From Trueperaceae bacterium (GTDB lineage Bacteria; Deinococcota; Deinococci; Deinococcales; Trueperaceae), in NCBI GenBank assembly GCA_965215565.1, contig CBDCDZ010000004.1, positions 3,520,001 to 3,584,000 on the forward strand: a DNA stretch of 64,000 nucleotides, read 5' to 3'. This document shows, one piece after another, positions 39,294 through 49,737 of the stretch (its first letter is position 1; each line of letters begins with the position of its first letter). Under the pieces are notes generated by a model. The model was not told where the DNA came from. It saw only the letters and a list, made by a program, of their open reading frames with translations, and ran no database searches. The position numbers were made by a program, and so were the translations under genes.

Positions 39294-40502
39294 CTACGCC
39301 GTCTCCAACTCCACCTTAATCCAACCGGGCTGCCGCTTGTCGAACACTTCGTAGGCGTCGAGCGCGTTTTGCGTCGGCTCCATCTGACTCAAGACCGTCA
39401 CGGGGTCCACCGCGCCCGAGGCGGTAAGACCTAAAAGCATGGGGATGTACTTGCGGTGGTTGCAGTTGCCCATCTTCATGGTGATGTTTTTCTGCATCGC
39501 TTGACCGATGGGGAAACTCTGCATGTTGGGCGGGTAGACGCCGATGATGGACAAGGTGCCCGCTTTAGCGAGCGCCTGAACGCACCACTCGAGCGCCTGC
39601 GAAGGCGCGCTCCCCGGTACCCACAGCTCCCCATCAGGGTTTTGCTCCGGCGCAACTTGCGAAACCTCTTGTCCGAACCCCTCGTCTTCGCTATCACTCG
39701 GCGTCGCCGGACCCTGCTCGGCGTGCTCGGAGTCCACGCCAACCGCGTCGATGATGCGGTCAGGACCGCTGCCACCCGTTAAGCGGCGTAGGGTCTCCAC
39801 AGGGTCTTCTTGCTCGAAGTTGATCGCTTCCGCGCCTAAGTTTTGCGCCATCTCGAGCCTGTCTTCTAACCTGTCCACCGCGAAGACGCGCCCCGCGCCC
39901 AACATCTTGGCGCTCAGAATCGCAAAAAGCCCCACCGCGCCGCAGCCAAAGACCGCCACCGTATCGCCCGCTTCGATGTCCGCCATGTCCGCGCCCTGAT
40001 AGCCTGTCGGAAAGACGTCGGAAATAAGGATCGCTTGCTCGTCCGCGACGTTGTCGGGAACTTTGACGAGCCCGACGTTCGCGAAGGGCACACGCACCTT
40101 TTCCGCTTGCAGCCCGTCGAAGGGTCCGGTGCTCTCCGGTCCGCCGAAGAAAGCGGTACCCGCGAGCTTGCCGTTCGGGTTGGCGTTGTCGCACTGGGCG
40201 TAGTACCCGTCGCGGCAGTAGACGCAATAGCCGCAGCCGATGGTCGAGGGGATCACCACGCGGTCGCCGGGGCGGAAGTTGCGCACGTCCGCACCGACCT
40301 CTTCGACCACGCCGACGCCCTCATGCCCGAGAATCGTACCCGGCTTCATGCCCGCCATCGTGCCACGGATCATGTGCAAGTCGGTGCCGCAGATCGCACT
40401 CGCAGTGAGGCGCACTACCGCGTCGTTGGGGTCTTGAATTTGTGGGTCGGGTACGTCGTCTAAACGGATGTCGCCGACGCCGTGGAATACAACTGCTTTC
40501 AT
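39294..40502 (-). CDS. Zn-dependent alcohol/formaldehyde dehydrogenase (MDR family)
   Basis: ICGTDLH, GHEGVG, CGYCVYC..C, SDVFPTGY, GCGAVG. Confidence 0.92.
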   Translation of the reverse strand: MKAVVFHGVGDIRLDDVPDPQIQDPNDAVVRLTASAICGTDLHMIRGTMAGMKPGTILGHEGVGVVEEVGADVRNFRPGDRVVIPSTIGCGYCVYCRDGYYAQCDNANPNGKLAGTAFFGGPESTGPFDGLQAEKVRVPFANVGLVKVPDNVADEQAILISDVFPTGYQGADMADIEAGDTVAVFGCGAVGLFAILSAKMLGAGRVFAVDRLEDRLEMAQNLGAEAINFEQEDPVETLRRLTGGSGPDRIIDAVGVDSEHAEQGPATPSDSEDEGFGQEVSQVAPEQNPDGELWVPGSAPSQALEWCVQALAKAGTLSIIGVYPPNMQSFPIGQAMQKNITMKMGNCNHRKYIPMLLGLTASGAVDPVTVLSQMEPTQNALDAYEVFDKRQPGWIKVELETA

Positions 40503-40574
40503 ATGTTCTCCCTATTGATGAGGTTACAGCTCGAGAGGCGGGTACGAGCCCAACCTCTCGAAGAGTCGAAAGGT

Positions 40575-41486
40575 TTACTGGAGCCCCTGCGCCCAGTCCA
40601 GGATGATTTGGTTCGCCTGATCCGCCGCTTCGATGATAGAGGCGTGTGACGCACCGGAGATAATCTCTAAAGTCGAGTCGGGAATCGCTTCAGCCATACT
40701 CTGCGCTAGGGCGATAGGCGTCAGGGTGTCCTCTAAGCCGAAGAGAATAAGCGTCGGCACTTCAATGGTGCTGTAGACGTCGGTATTGTCGCCTCGCAGC
40801 GCGAGGGCGACGCCGCCGCCTGACGCGCCGTTCACCGACGCCTCCTCGATGAGCGTACCGAGGTAGTCCACCAATTCTGGGTTGTTCTGGCGGGTGTCAC
40901 CCGTGAGCATGTCTTTCATCAGAAAGGGAACTAAAGAGGCGACGCCCACTTGCCGCGCCTGCTCGCCTGTGCCGAACCAGAGGTTTGCGCCCGCGACCGA
41001 AGCGGGTACAGCGGCGGTGTCGTTGAAGATGAGCCCGGTGAAGCGTTCTGGTGCTTGCTGGTACATTTCAAAGAGCGTCCAGCCGCCCATCGACATGCCT
41101 AAGACGGTAGCTTGATCTAGACCGAGTTCGTCCATCACCGCGAACATGTCTCCCGCATACGTCTCGATAGAGGCAACGCCGTTAGGCGCTTCGCTCTGAC
41201 CGAAACCGCGCAGGTCGGGCGTGACCACCTGGTAGCCCGCCTCGACCAGAGCGGGCACGTTGTCCCGAAAGAGCCCCGAGTTAAGTGGGTAGCCGTGGAT
41301 GAGCATCATCGGCTCGCCCTCGCCTTGCACCTGATAGTAGATGCGGGCTCCGTCGGGGCGCTCTACGAAGCCTTCTTGAGTGGACATCACACCGCCTGTC
41401 GCCGCGCCACCCGTACCGCCGCCCGTCTGTGCGGCTGCGAGGGCGAAGGTCAAGAAAAGAGCGAGAGATAGAGCAAGTTTTTGCAT
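40575..41486 (-). CDS. Secreted alpha/beta hydrolase
   Basis: Signal peptide; LIHGYP, PDLRGFGQS, GMSMGG, C-terminal ASH. Confidence 0.88.
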   Translation of the reverse strand: MQKLALSLALFLTFALAAAQTGGGTGGAATGGVMSTQEGFVERPDGARIYYQVQGEGEPMMLIHGYPLNSGLFRDNVPALVEAGYQVVTPDLRGFGQSEAPNGVASIETYAGDMFAVMDELGLDQATVLGMSMGGWTLFEMYQQAPERFTGLIFNDTAAVPASVAGANLWFGTGEQARQVGVASLVPFLMKDMLTGDTRQNNPELVDYLGTLIEEASVNGASGGGVALALRGDNTDVYSTIEVPTLILFGLEDTLTPIALAQSMAEAIPDSTLEIISGASHASIIEAADQANQIILDWAQGLQ

Positions 41487-41608
41487 GAACAACTCCTAGA
41501 TGTAGTGGTGTGACGTTGATTTCTCAGCGGGTACGCCCGCCTTACCCCAGTAAGGCGGGTCCGTAAAAAGAGGTTTCTACTCCGCGTTCGGAGGTCAAGC
41601 GGCGCGTC

Positions 41609-42469
41609 TCAGTCGTCCCCCGGTACGCCCTGGGTTGCGTTTGCCGTGCCCGTATTATGTAGCCGCTCATCACCGACGGGCAGCGGCTCCGCCTGCTCGC
41701 CTAGCGGCTGGGGGCTCTCCAAGTACTCGAAGCTGCCTTTGCCGTCCGGTGCAGTTCCTTGCGCCCACGCGCCCTGCTGCGAGTCGTTGCCTTCTGAAAG
41801 GTTCCAGTACTGGTAGCTCACGTCCTGGTTCTCACGGCTCTGGTCGAAGTTCGAGGGCGCGATGACCTCTTCCAAACCGTCTTTTTGTAACTCTTCGATG
41901 GCGGCGAGCCACTGGTTTTGGTGCATGGTATCTCTCGCGATCATGAACTCCAAGAGCTTCTTGACGCCCGCGTCGTCGGTGGACTCGTAGATACGAATGG
42001 CTTGCAAGCGCCCTTGCGACTCGGCGGCGACGTTGGCTCTAAAATCTGCCAAGAGGTTGCCGCTGGCGATGATGTAGTTGCCGTTCCAGGGGTAGCCGAC
42101 GCTGTCAGCGGGCAGTGCGCCCGTACCGCTGGCGATGACGTGCTTAGGGTTCATCGCGGCGGCTTGCGCGGGCGACACGCCCGGCATGACCGAGTTCGCC
42201 TCGTCCGGGTTGAGAGGCGCACCGTCTAAAAGCTTTGAGACCATGACCGAGAGCATCTCGACGTGCGACATCTCCTCCGCGCCGATGTCCATGATCATGT
42301 CCTGGTACTTCTTGCTGGCGCGGCAGTTCCAGCCCTGGAACAGGTACTGCATCGCCACGCTCATTTCGCCGTAGGGTCCGCCGATGAGTTCTTGCATCTT
42401 CTTGGCTAAAAGCGGGTCGGGACGGCTCGGTTCTGCGCCAAACTGCAACTTTTTAACATGAAAAAACAT
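41609..42469 (-). CDS. Manganese catalase
   Basis: GGPYGEMS..MQYLFQ, EEMSHVEM, SGNLLAD, AESQGR, RDTMHQNQW. Confidence 0.94.
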   Translation of the reverse strand: MFFHVKKLQFGAEPSRPDPLLAKKMQELIGGPYGEMSVAMQYLFQGWNCRASKKYQDMIMDIGAEEMSHVEMLSVMVSKLLDGAPLNPDEANSVMPGVSPAQAAAMNPKHVIASGTGALPADSVGYPWNGNYIIASGNLLADFRANVAAESQGRLQAIRIYESTDDAGVKKLLEFMIARDTMHQNQWLAAIEELQKDGLEEVIAPSNFDQSRENQDVSYQYWNLSEGNDSQQGAWAQGTAPDGKGSFEYLESPQPLGEQAEPLPVGDERLHNTGTANATQGVPGDD

Positions 42470-42707
42470 ACTACTCCCCCTTAAAGATGTAGATATAGAC
42501 ACGTTTTTGTGTTCTTGTGCCCTAACTAGCAGCATAGGTGAGTGAAGGATATGCGTGTGTAGATTGTCACACCATGTTTAGTGCAACTAGACCGGCTCTG
42601 CTATGAACCGTGTGATGGTCGGTGGCTCGGGTCCGTCCCAACGCAAAAACCCTCAAAGGGGTTTTGTAAGATAGGTCAGGAGGCGTCTTCACCGCGTAGA
42701 CTAGAGC

Positions 42708-43130
42708 ATGGCGATACTCACCGATATAGACAAGGTTGTGCGCGTGCTCCGCGAGAGCGAGACGGTAGCGGTTTTAGGCGCAAACGTGCGCGAGAGCAAA
42801 GCGGCGCACTACGTCCCTAAGTACCTCTACGGCGAAGGCTACACGATTTACCCGGTCAACCCCGTACACGAGGGAAAGACGCTCTTCGGCGAGCCCTTTT
42901 GCGGCAGCTTGCGCGATCTGCAAAAACCGATTGACGTGGTGGACGTCTTTCGCCGCAGCGATAACCTACCCGAGCATGTCGAAGATATCTTGGCGATGGA
43001 GCCGCGCCCGAAAGTCGTCTGGTTTCAGTCGGGTATCCGTCACGATGAGGTTGCAGAGCAGCTTTCAGACGCTGGGATTGACGTGATTCAGAGCCGCTGT
43101 ATGTTGGCGGATCACCAAAGGTTGCTGTAG
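42708..43130 (+). CDS. CoA-binding protein (YccU-like)
   Basis: VAVLGA, YPVNP, DVVDVFR, VWFQSGI. Confidence 0.9.
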   Translation: MAILTDIDKVVRVLRESETVAVLGANVRESKAAHYVPKYLYGEGYTIYPVNPVHEGKTLFGEPFCGSLRDLQKPIDVVDVFRRSDNLPEHVEDILAMEPRPKVVWFQSGIRHDEVAEQLSDAGIDVIQSRCMLADHQRLL

Positions 43131-43136
43131 ATTACC

Positions 43137-43985
43137 GTGACGGCACCTTTGACTTTAGGATATTCACCTTGCCCGAACGACTGCTTTATCTTCTACGGAC
43201 TAGCGCACGGCAAGGTCGCTCCTGACGTTGACTGGCAGGTGAGGCTAAGGGACGTCGAAGCGCTCAATCAGTTGGCGCGAAAGGGCGCGTTAGACGTCAC
43301 CAAAATCAGCTACCACGCCTACGGGCACCTCACGGACGATTATGTGATGCTGCGTAGCGGCGGCGCGCTCGGCAAGGGCGTCGGACCGCTCCTCGTGACG
43401 AAAGAGGTCTTGGATGACCTCTCAGGTAAGCGCGTCGCCATCCCCGGCGGGCTCACCACCGCGAACCTCTTGCTCAAGCTCTCGCAACCTGACAATATTG
43501 AAACTGTAGACCTTCGCTACGACAAGATCATGCCCGCAGTCGCGGCGGGCGAGGTGGACGCGGGGCTCATCATCCACGAGTCGCGCTTTACGTATGTGAA
43601 CTACGGCTTGCAGAAGCATCTCGACTTGGGCGAATGGTGGGAACAGGAGACGGGTTTGCCTTTACCGCTTGGCGGCATCATGGCGCGGCGCTCTTTGGGC
43701 GAGAAGAGGTTGGCGCATATCCAAGAGGTCATTCGGGACAGTTTGCGCTACAGCTACCGTCACCGCGAAGAGGCGCAGCCCTACATCGCGGCGCACGCGC
43801 AGGAGATGTCGGAAGAGGTCATGCAGCGGCACATTGACCTCTATGTAAACGATTATTCATTAGATGTTGGCGAAACGGGTGAGCAGGCGGTGCGGACCTT
43901 GCTGGAACGCGCGAAAGGAAGAGGTCTCGTACCGGAGCCCAAAGAACCTCTTTTCCTCACCCTAGAGACAGCTCCCGCTTCATGA
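43137..43985 (+). CDS. mqnD: 1,4-dihydroxy-6-naphthoate synthase (futalosine pathway)
   Basis: GYSPCPNDCFIF, DVEALN, TTANLL, IIHESRFTY, HIDLYVN. Confidence 0.93.
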   Translation: MTAPLTLGYSPCPNDCFIFYGLAHGKVAPDVDWQVRLRDVEALNQLARKGALDVTKISYHAYGHLTDDYVMLRSGGALGKGVGPLLVTKEVLDDLSGKRVAIPGGLTTANLLLKLSQPDNIETVDLRYDKIMPAVAAGEVDAGLIIHESRFTYVNYGLQKHLDLGEWWEQETGLPLPLGGIMARRSLGEKRLAHIQEVIRDSLRYSYRHREEAQPYIAAHAQEMSEEVMQRHIDLYVNDYSLDVGETGEQAVRTLLERAKGRGLVPEPKEPLFLTLETAPAS

Positions 43986-44524
43986 TTCAGGAGATGTGGG
44001 CGGCGGCGTCGGCTCCGCGCCGGTTTTTTACGTGGTTAGAGCCTCGAGACGCTCGTATTTTGAGAGCCTTTACCGTAGCGCTTTTCTCCTACCTCGTCTA
44101 CGCGCTGGCGCTAGCGCTGGCGTTTGTCCGCTCGAGCGACTCGAACGCCTACTTGCCCATCTTCGCGCTCGCTTTAGGCGTCGGCGCGCTGCAGTTCCTC
44201 TTCTTCTGGGGCTTGGGCGGCGTCTCACTGCAACGCCCTGGCTCGCTCGACGTGCGGGCGTGGGAAGTGGCGGGCTGGAGTTGGACGCCCGCGTTCTTCG
44301 TCGGCGTCTCGATGTTGCCCGCGCTCTTAGTCGTTCCCACAGTGGGCCTTGTGCTGAGCGTCGGCTTTCTGCTCGTGTGGCACCTTGCGGTGCTCCGCTA
44401 CGGTCTGCAAGTTTTTTTAGAGCGGGCAGTCTGGCGCATCGTGACGGTCTACGCGCTGCTCGTCATCGTTTTGCCGCTCGGTATCTTTGTGGGGATTCAG
44501 GTTGTCTTCTCGAGGCTGACCTGA
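43982..44524 (+). CDS. Membrane protein, Yip1-like hypothetical
   Basis: About five TM segments; ATGA overlap with mqnD. Confidence 0.65.
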   Translation: MIQEMWAAASAPRRFFTWLEPRDARILRAFTVALFSYLVYALALALAFVRSSDSNAYLPIFALALGVGALQFLFFWGLGGVSLQRPGSLDVRAWEVAGWSWTPAFFVGVSMLPALLVVPTVGLVLSVGFLLVWHLAVLRYGLQVFLERAVWRIVTVYALLVIVLPLGIFVGIQVVFSRLT

Positions 44525-44534
44525 GCCCCGTTCC

Positions 44535-44723
44535 CTAACCTTTGCCTTTCGCCTCATCCTCTTCTTGCGTCTCCCGCATATCTTCGCGGATATCCTCTTC
44601 GCTCACGCCCGCGACGTCCTCTAGAGTTTCGTCATTCTCCAACACCTTATCCTGCGCCCCGTAGCCGCTCTCGAAAGTGAGTTCGTGGTCGTCATCTTGA
44701 TTGTTCTGCCTATCGTCGTTCAT
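44535..44723 (-). CDS. Small acidic hypothetical protein
   Basis: GAGGTG RBS; D/E-rich 62 aa. Confidence 0.6.
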   Translation of the reverse strand: MNDDRQNNQDDDHELTFESGYGAQDKVLENDETLEDVAGVSEEDIREDMRETQEEDEAKGKG

Positions 44724-44819
44724 CTTGCACCTCTTTAGGGTCTTCTCAGTTTCGTTCAGTCTGCTCTAAATTTCGGCGGCTCACCGTGACGCTAGCATAA
44801 AAGGGGAGAGGTTGAGCGC

Positions 44820-46085
44820 TCATCCGGCCGGTTCAGAGCGCTTTGGCGGCGTCGCCAACATGAAAAAGACCGAGCCAAGTGCGGCGAGCGAGGCGAGCAC
44901 CGTGAAACCGACGTGGTAGCTGCCGAAGAGGTCGGCGAAACTGCCCGCGATTACCGGACCGCCCACCATCCCCACCGTGATGATCGGCGAGGAGAGCCCC
45001 ATAATCTGCCCGAAGTGGGTGCGCCCAAAGTAGTCCGCGCGTAAAGACTGCATGACCGGGCCGCGCAGCCCCCAAGCGAGCCCGTGCGTGACCGCGAAGG
45101 CGATGACCCAGGGAAGCCCTGTGCCGTAGGTTAGCATGAGCAGTCCGCCCGCATGACCGAACATCGCGGCGGTAGCGATGAAGCGTTTGTCGAACTTGTC
45201 ACCTAAAACGCCGCCGATAAGCTGCCCGGCGACGCTCATCGAGGTCATGACCGTAACCATCGTCGCCGCGAGCGTGAGCGAAAAGCCGTAGTCGTTCGTG
45301 AGGAACACGACGAGGTGCGCGAGCACGGCGAAGACAACGCCGAGCGCCAAGGAGTGACCGAACGAGATGAACCAGAAGGCGCGGGTGCGCACGGCTTCAC
45401 GCGCGGTGAAGTCGCGCTCTTGAGGGTCAGCGTCCGGGTTCTGCGGCGGCAAGCCGCCGTCGGGCTCTAAGTCCATCTCTTCTGGGGTGTTGCGCAAAAT
45501 GTAGGTCAGCGGAATGCCAATGATGAGGACCAACGCACTCGAGCCCAGCGCCGAAGCCCGCCAGCCGTAGGTCTCTAGCGCCCACGCGACGATAGGGACG
45601 ACCAAACCGCCCAGTGCAATGCCGGTCTGCACGAACGCCAACGCCAGTGAGCGCCAGCGCCGAAACCACTGCACGACAACGGTGTTGAGCGGCAAAAAAC
45701 CCGACAAACTCGCGCCCAAAGCGATGACGCAGACTGCGCCGTAAAAGTGCGCGAGCGTCTGAATTTGACTGAGCAAGGCGACGCCGACGGCGAAGATGAT
45801 GAGCCCGACGCGGATGACCCCCCTCGAGCCGAAGCGCCCCAAAAGCCAGCCGATGACCGGACCCAGCAAGCCGCCGCCTGCCTGCTGAATGCCGAACGCC
45901 ACCGAAAACGCCGTTTTGCTCCAGCCGAACTCGGGAGCCATCACCGCGAAGTACGCGCCAAAAGACTGCAAGGTAAAACTTGCGGTTAAGAATTGGGTGG
46001 CGACGCTTCCAGCTAAAACCCACCAGCCGTAAAAGACGCCCTGCGCCCACGTTTTGGTTTTTCCTAAGGTTCGTAGCCCTAACAC
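44820..46085 (-). CDS. MFS transporter (MCT/OxlT-like)
   Basis: FYGWWV, about 12 TM segments, GxLxxRFG motif A, DYFGR. Confidence 0.9.
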   Translation of the reverse strand: MLGLRTLGKTKTWAQGVFYGWWVLAGSVATQFLTASFTLQSFGAYFAVMAPEFGWSKTAFSVAFGIQQAGGGLLGPVIGWLLGRFGSRGVIRVGLIIFAVGVALLSQIQTLAHFYGAVCVIALGASLSGFLPLNTVVVQWFRRWRSLALAFVQTGIALGGLVVPIVAWALETYGWRASALGSSALVLIIGIPLTYILRNTPEEMDLEPDGGLPPQNPDADPQERDFTAREAVRTRAFWFISFGHSLALGVVFAVLAHLVVFLTNDYGFSLTLAATMVTVMTSMSVAGQLIGGVLGDKFDKRFIATAAMFGHAGGLLMLTYGTGLPWVIAFAVTHGLAWGLRGPVMQSLRADYFGRTHFGQIMGLSSPIITVGMVGGPVIAGSFADLFGSYHVGFTVLASLAALGSVFFMLATPPKRSEPAG

Positions 46086-46180
46086 GCGCGTTCCGCCGAC
46101 ATCGACATGAGAACTAGCCTACCTCACGTTCGTCAGAGGCAATGATGGACTGCGTACAAGAGGTCGAGGTAGCACATTTT

Positions 46181-46270
46181 TAGAGGCGGGTCTGGGACCC
46201 GCCTCTACTCAGGGTTACGTTTTATGCTCGTTCGAACATGGCGCTTAGAGGTGATTCATGAATCACCCCT
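46181..46270. repeat. Two REP-like palindromes
   Basis: TAGAGGCGGGTCTGGGACCCGCCTCTAC (GTAG on minus strand) and GGTGATTCATGAATCACC. Confidence 0.5.
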
Positions 46271-46279
46271 TCTGTGACC

Positions 46280-48880
46280 TCAATGGTCGTGGTCGTGAAT
46301 CTCCGGCTTCACGACGAAAAAGCCTCTATCGATGTCGCTCAAGATGACGATATCGTCGAAGTAGGGGTAGTTGCTCCAGACGCCGCTGAAGGCTGCCTCT
46401 GCGATGCAGGCCTGCTCTAACGGATTGGCTTCGGGGTGATGAAGCGTTTCCAAGCTCTGCGTCTCAGCGCCACCTGCGGCGCACGACTGTGTGCTCAACT
46501 CGGCGTCGTGATCGTGGTCCCCGTGGTCGTGATCGGGGTTGTCGCCGTCATCCTCGGGGTAGGTGTCGAAGTAGGCGATTTCCTCAATAGCCTCTATGTT
46601 GGTGAGGTCCACGATGCGCAAGCCGCTCGTGTAGTTCGCCTGGTATGCGTAGTCGCCTAGCGTATAGGTGTTGTGCCCGATGGCGTCACGCGGGTTCTTA
46701 AAGGTGCCTAAGAGCGTGGGGTTATCCAGGTCGCGCACGTCCCAGATGTAGGTCGAGGTGTCGATGCCGTTGTCCAACTCGTCAAGCTCGTCGTTAAAGA
46801 GGAAGTAGGCGTGGTCTTCGGTCAGCCAGCCTTGGTGCGCGTAACCCGCGCTCTCGTATTCGGTCCGCGCGACCTGCACGACGTTGTCCTTGTCGGTGAC
46901 GTCGGCGACGCCCAAGTAGTCGGCGCTGCCCTCGTTGATCTGTCCGTCCGAGGTGAGGCAGATTTCTCTATTCTGATAATCCTCGTCCGGTCCTTCGTAG
47001 ATGACGCACTGCGCGTCGTGGACGTAGACGTCGGTGGGATACGCTTCGCCTGCGCTCTCGCCCTCGGGCACGCCGCCCGCGAAGCAGCCCGCGAATTCGG
47101 GAGAGGTCGGCGTTGAGATGTCCAGCATCAGCAGACCGCCGAAGCAAACCTGCTCGTACTGCTCTTCAGTTGCGCCAACCGCGTATGCATACCCTGTTTC
47201 TTCGTCTATGACGATGTTGTGCGCGTTGCCGAAACCGTCGTAATGTGCAGTTTCCTCGAACGTTTGCGGGCTCGAGACAGAACGAAGCTGCGTGAGATCG
47301 AAAATCTGCATCCCGTGACCGTCGGCTTCGCTCACCACAAAGGCGTGATTTTTGTAGACCTTGATGTCGCGCCAAACGTTGCCCGAGCCCTCGGGGTTAT
47401 AGCTCGGCAAAAGCCCCAAATACTCCGGCTCGCTCGGGTTGCTCACGTCTACAAAGGCGACGCCCGTGGTCGTACCCATCATGGCGATGTCAATTCCTGT
47501 CTCCGGGTCGGTCCAGCCCCAGGCGTCGTTGCCCGAGCCGTCCGGCGTGCCGATAGTGGCGAGGGGCAAGTAGGCTAGGAGTTCCACGTCGTGCTGGTCG
47601 AAAGGAGCGAGCATGAGGTCGAGTGTGACCTCCCTCGCCGCGTCGCCGCCGCTCGCGGTGACGGTGAGCGTCCGCTCCCCTAAGTCGGCTCCCTCGGAGA
47701 CTTCGACAGGCAACACGCCCAGCTCGGCGTCCGCATCTATTGTGACAGTTTCTGCCGAAAGTCCGTCCGCGCCCTCGGCGCTAAGCTCGATCTCGCCCTG
47801 GAAGTCGGCGAGCCGCTTGACGTTGAAAACGAGCGCCTCCGTCGTCCCCGGTACGAGCGTGCTGACGTTGCTGCCGCCCGGTGTGAGGTAGAGCGCGGGG
47901 TCGGGCTTCTCGTCCACCGCGTCAAAGGTGAGCGCCCAAGCGTTAAGCGTACCCGTGTCGGGCGTATCCACGTCGTCGCGTACCGAGAGCGTCCAGGTGC
48001 CCGCGAGCGCCTCGCCGTAGAAGAACTCCAGGGGCTCGAGCGGTCTATATTCAGCTTCGGGGAACGCTTCGATATCCGCTTCCGGGTCATAGGCGACGTC
48101 GTCTTGGCTCAGCTCGGCGCTGTCGGTCAGCGTCGTCTTGATGTCCCGGTCGTCGGAGAACGGTTTTTCGACGAGGGTGATGACGGTGCCGGTCTCTTCA
48201 TGCTCTAGAGTAATAACCAGGTCGAAAACGAAGGGGTGCGCGATATCGAGCGTCACGCTGAGGTCGGTCAAGTAGCGCGGATCGTCGATCTGGATGGAGT
48301 CGCTGACCGTGTCGTCTTGGACAGTCGCGAGACCGGGCGCACTTTCGAACGTGACCTCTTGACCCTCACCTTCCCCGTCACCGTTATCACCGTCGTCACC
48401 CTCACCGGGGGGGATAAGTACCGCGTCGATCACGTGAATAATGCCGTCTAACGCAAGGATGTTCGCTTGAACGACCTCGACTTCGCCGTTTAAGATGACC
48501 GCGCCGTCCTCCACCGAGATATCTATCTCGCTACCTTCTAGCGTCTCGATGCTCTCCCCGTCTAACGCAATGAGGTCTTCGGCGGTGTATCCCTCGGGCG
48601 CGAGGTGGTAGCGCAGAATCTGGCGGAGCCTTTCGGGTTCGACGTTGCCGACCTCCTCAAAGAGCGCCTCAAACGCCGCGTCGGTCGGCGCAAAGATGGT
48701 GAACGTGCCGCTCTGTAAAGACTGCAGTTCGCCCTCTTCTAAAAGCGAACTCAGGGTGCCGAAACGCCCGTCGTTTTGCAGCGTCTCCGTGACGGAAGCC
48801 GCGTCATCCTGCTGGCAGCCAACGAACAGTAGCGTGATAAGAGTAAAGCCGCTCAGCAGCCTACTTACAAAATATTTCAT
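46280..48880 (-). CDS. Acidic lipoprotein: fasciclin + P-domain + choice-of-anchor B/LVIVD propeller
   Basis: Lipobox FVGC; FTIFAPTDAAF and GIIHVIDAVL (FAS1); DIAHPFVFDL and GTWTLSVRD (P-domain); NDAWGWTD, WRDIKVY, AHNI, HQGWLT, WSNYPYF. Confidence 0.82.
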   Translation of the reverse strand: MKYFVSRLLSGFTLITLLFVGCQQDDAASVTETLQNDGRFGTLSSLLEEGELQSLQSGTFTIFAPTDAAFEALFEEVGNVEPERLRQILRYHLAPEGYTAEDLIALDGESIETLEGSEIDISVEDGAVILNGEVEVVQANILALDGIIHVIDAVLIPPGEGDDGDNGDGEGEGQEVTFESAPGLATVQDDTVSDSIQIDDPRYLTDLSVTLDIAHPFVFDLVITLEHEETGTVITLVEKPFSDDRDIKTTLTDSAELSQDDVAYDPEADIEAFPEAEYRPLEPLEFFYGEALAGTWTLSVRDDVDTPDTGTLNAWALTFDAVDEKPDPALYLTPGGSNVSTLVPGTTEALVFNVKRLADFQGEIELSAEGADGLSAETVTIDADAELGVLPVEVSEGADLGERTLTVTASGGDAAREVTLDLMLAPFDQHDVELLAYLPLATIGTPDGSGNDAWGWTDPETGIDIAMMGTTTGVAFVDVSNPSEPEYLGLLPSYNPEGSGNVWRDIKVYKNHAFVVSEADGHGMQIFDLTQLRSVSSPQTFEETAHYDGFGNAHNIVIDEETGYAYAVGATEEQYEQVCFGGLLMLDISTPTSPEFAGCFAGGVPEGESAGEAYPTDVYVHDAQCVIYEGPDEDYQNREICLTSDGQINEGSADYLGVADVTDKDNVVQVARTEYESAGYAHQGWLTEDHAYFLFNDELDELDNGIDTSTYIWDVRDLDNPTLLGTFKNPRDAIGHNTYTLGDYAYQANYTSGLRIVDLTNIEAIEEIAYFDTYPEDDGDNPDHDHGDHDHDAELSTQSCAAGGAETQSLETLHHPEANPLEQACIAEAAFSGVWSNYPYFDDIVILSDIDRGFFVVKPEIHDHDH

Positions 48881-49146
48881 CTTAATTCCTTCTCTGAATG
48901 GAACGAAAACGTAAGCCGAGGCGAACGGTTGCCCTCAGCTCGAGCGTGCGAGTCTTCCCCTCTTCAAGGCGCAATACATAGAGAGATGAGATGTGGTCCT
49001 ATTGTAATGAACACTTAATGATAGAAGGTGAGAAGGCGCGTATGCGCCCAAGAATTTCACAGGTTCTATAGACCCTATAGGCGTGCTGGCTTCAGAGGAG
49101 ACAGCTTAGGAACGCCCTGGCGCTACACGGTTCACTGCGCCCGAAC

Positions 49147-49737
49147 CTATCTCGAGCGCGGCAGGTACTTCTCCCAAATCGGATCGATGCTCGGCAAGAT
49201 GCCGTACGCCGAGGAGAACATAAAGCGCGGCGCGTAGGGTTTGCGCTTGAGGGCCATCTTCGCCTCTTCGGGCGTGCGGTCGCGTTTTTTCGCGTTGCAG
49301 CGGTGGCAGCACGCCACCACGTTCTCCCAACTCGTGCCGCCGCCCCGACTGCGCGGCAGCACGTGGTCGAGCGTGAGGTCGCTGCTCTTCTCGAAGCAAT
49401 ACTGGCAGGTGTGATCGTCGCGGCGAAAGACGTTTTTGCGGTTAAACGCGACGCGGTGACGCGGCGGACGCTTCACGTACTTCTTGAGGCGAATCACGCT
49501 CGGCACCACGAAAATTTGGCTGGGCGAGCGCAGCACGCGCGCGCTGTCCTCGACGCGCTCCGCCACCTCGTGCATGAGGAGCGCCACCGCCCTTTTGACC
49601 GAGCACACGTGCAGCGGCTCGTACGACGCATTGAGAATCAGCACCCGCGTCGCGTTGACGTTCGCGATGGGGCTGAGGGCGTCCAAGTCCTCGTCGTAGG
49701 CGAAGGGGTCGAGCGCGTGGATGTGCTCCAAATCCAT
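49147..49737 (-). CDS. HNH endonuclease (McrA-like)
   Basis: VLILNASYEPL, RDDHTCQYC, TLDHVLPRSRGG, CHRCNAKK. Confidence 0.92.
   Translation of the reverse strand: MDLEHIHALDPFAYDEDLDALSPIANVNATRVLILNASYEPLHVCSVKRAVALLMHEVAERVEDSARVLRSPSQIFVVPSVIRLKKYVKRPPRHRVAFNRKNVFRRDDHTCQYCFEKSSDLTLDHVLPRSRGGGTSWENVVACCHRCNAKKRDRTPEEAKMALKRKPYAPRFMFSSAYGILPSIDPIWEKYLPRSR

Noticed and set aside
49147..49737. HNH protein, or the Uma2 protein at 22761, as the mobiliser of the repeats
   Set aside because: Both are common stand-alone families without TIRs; proximity is uninformative given the repeat density.
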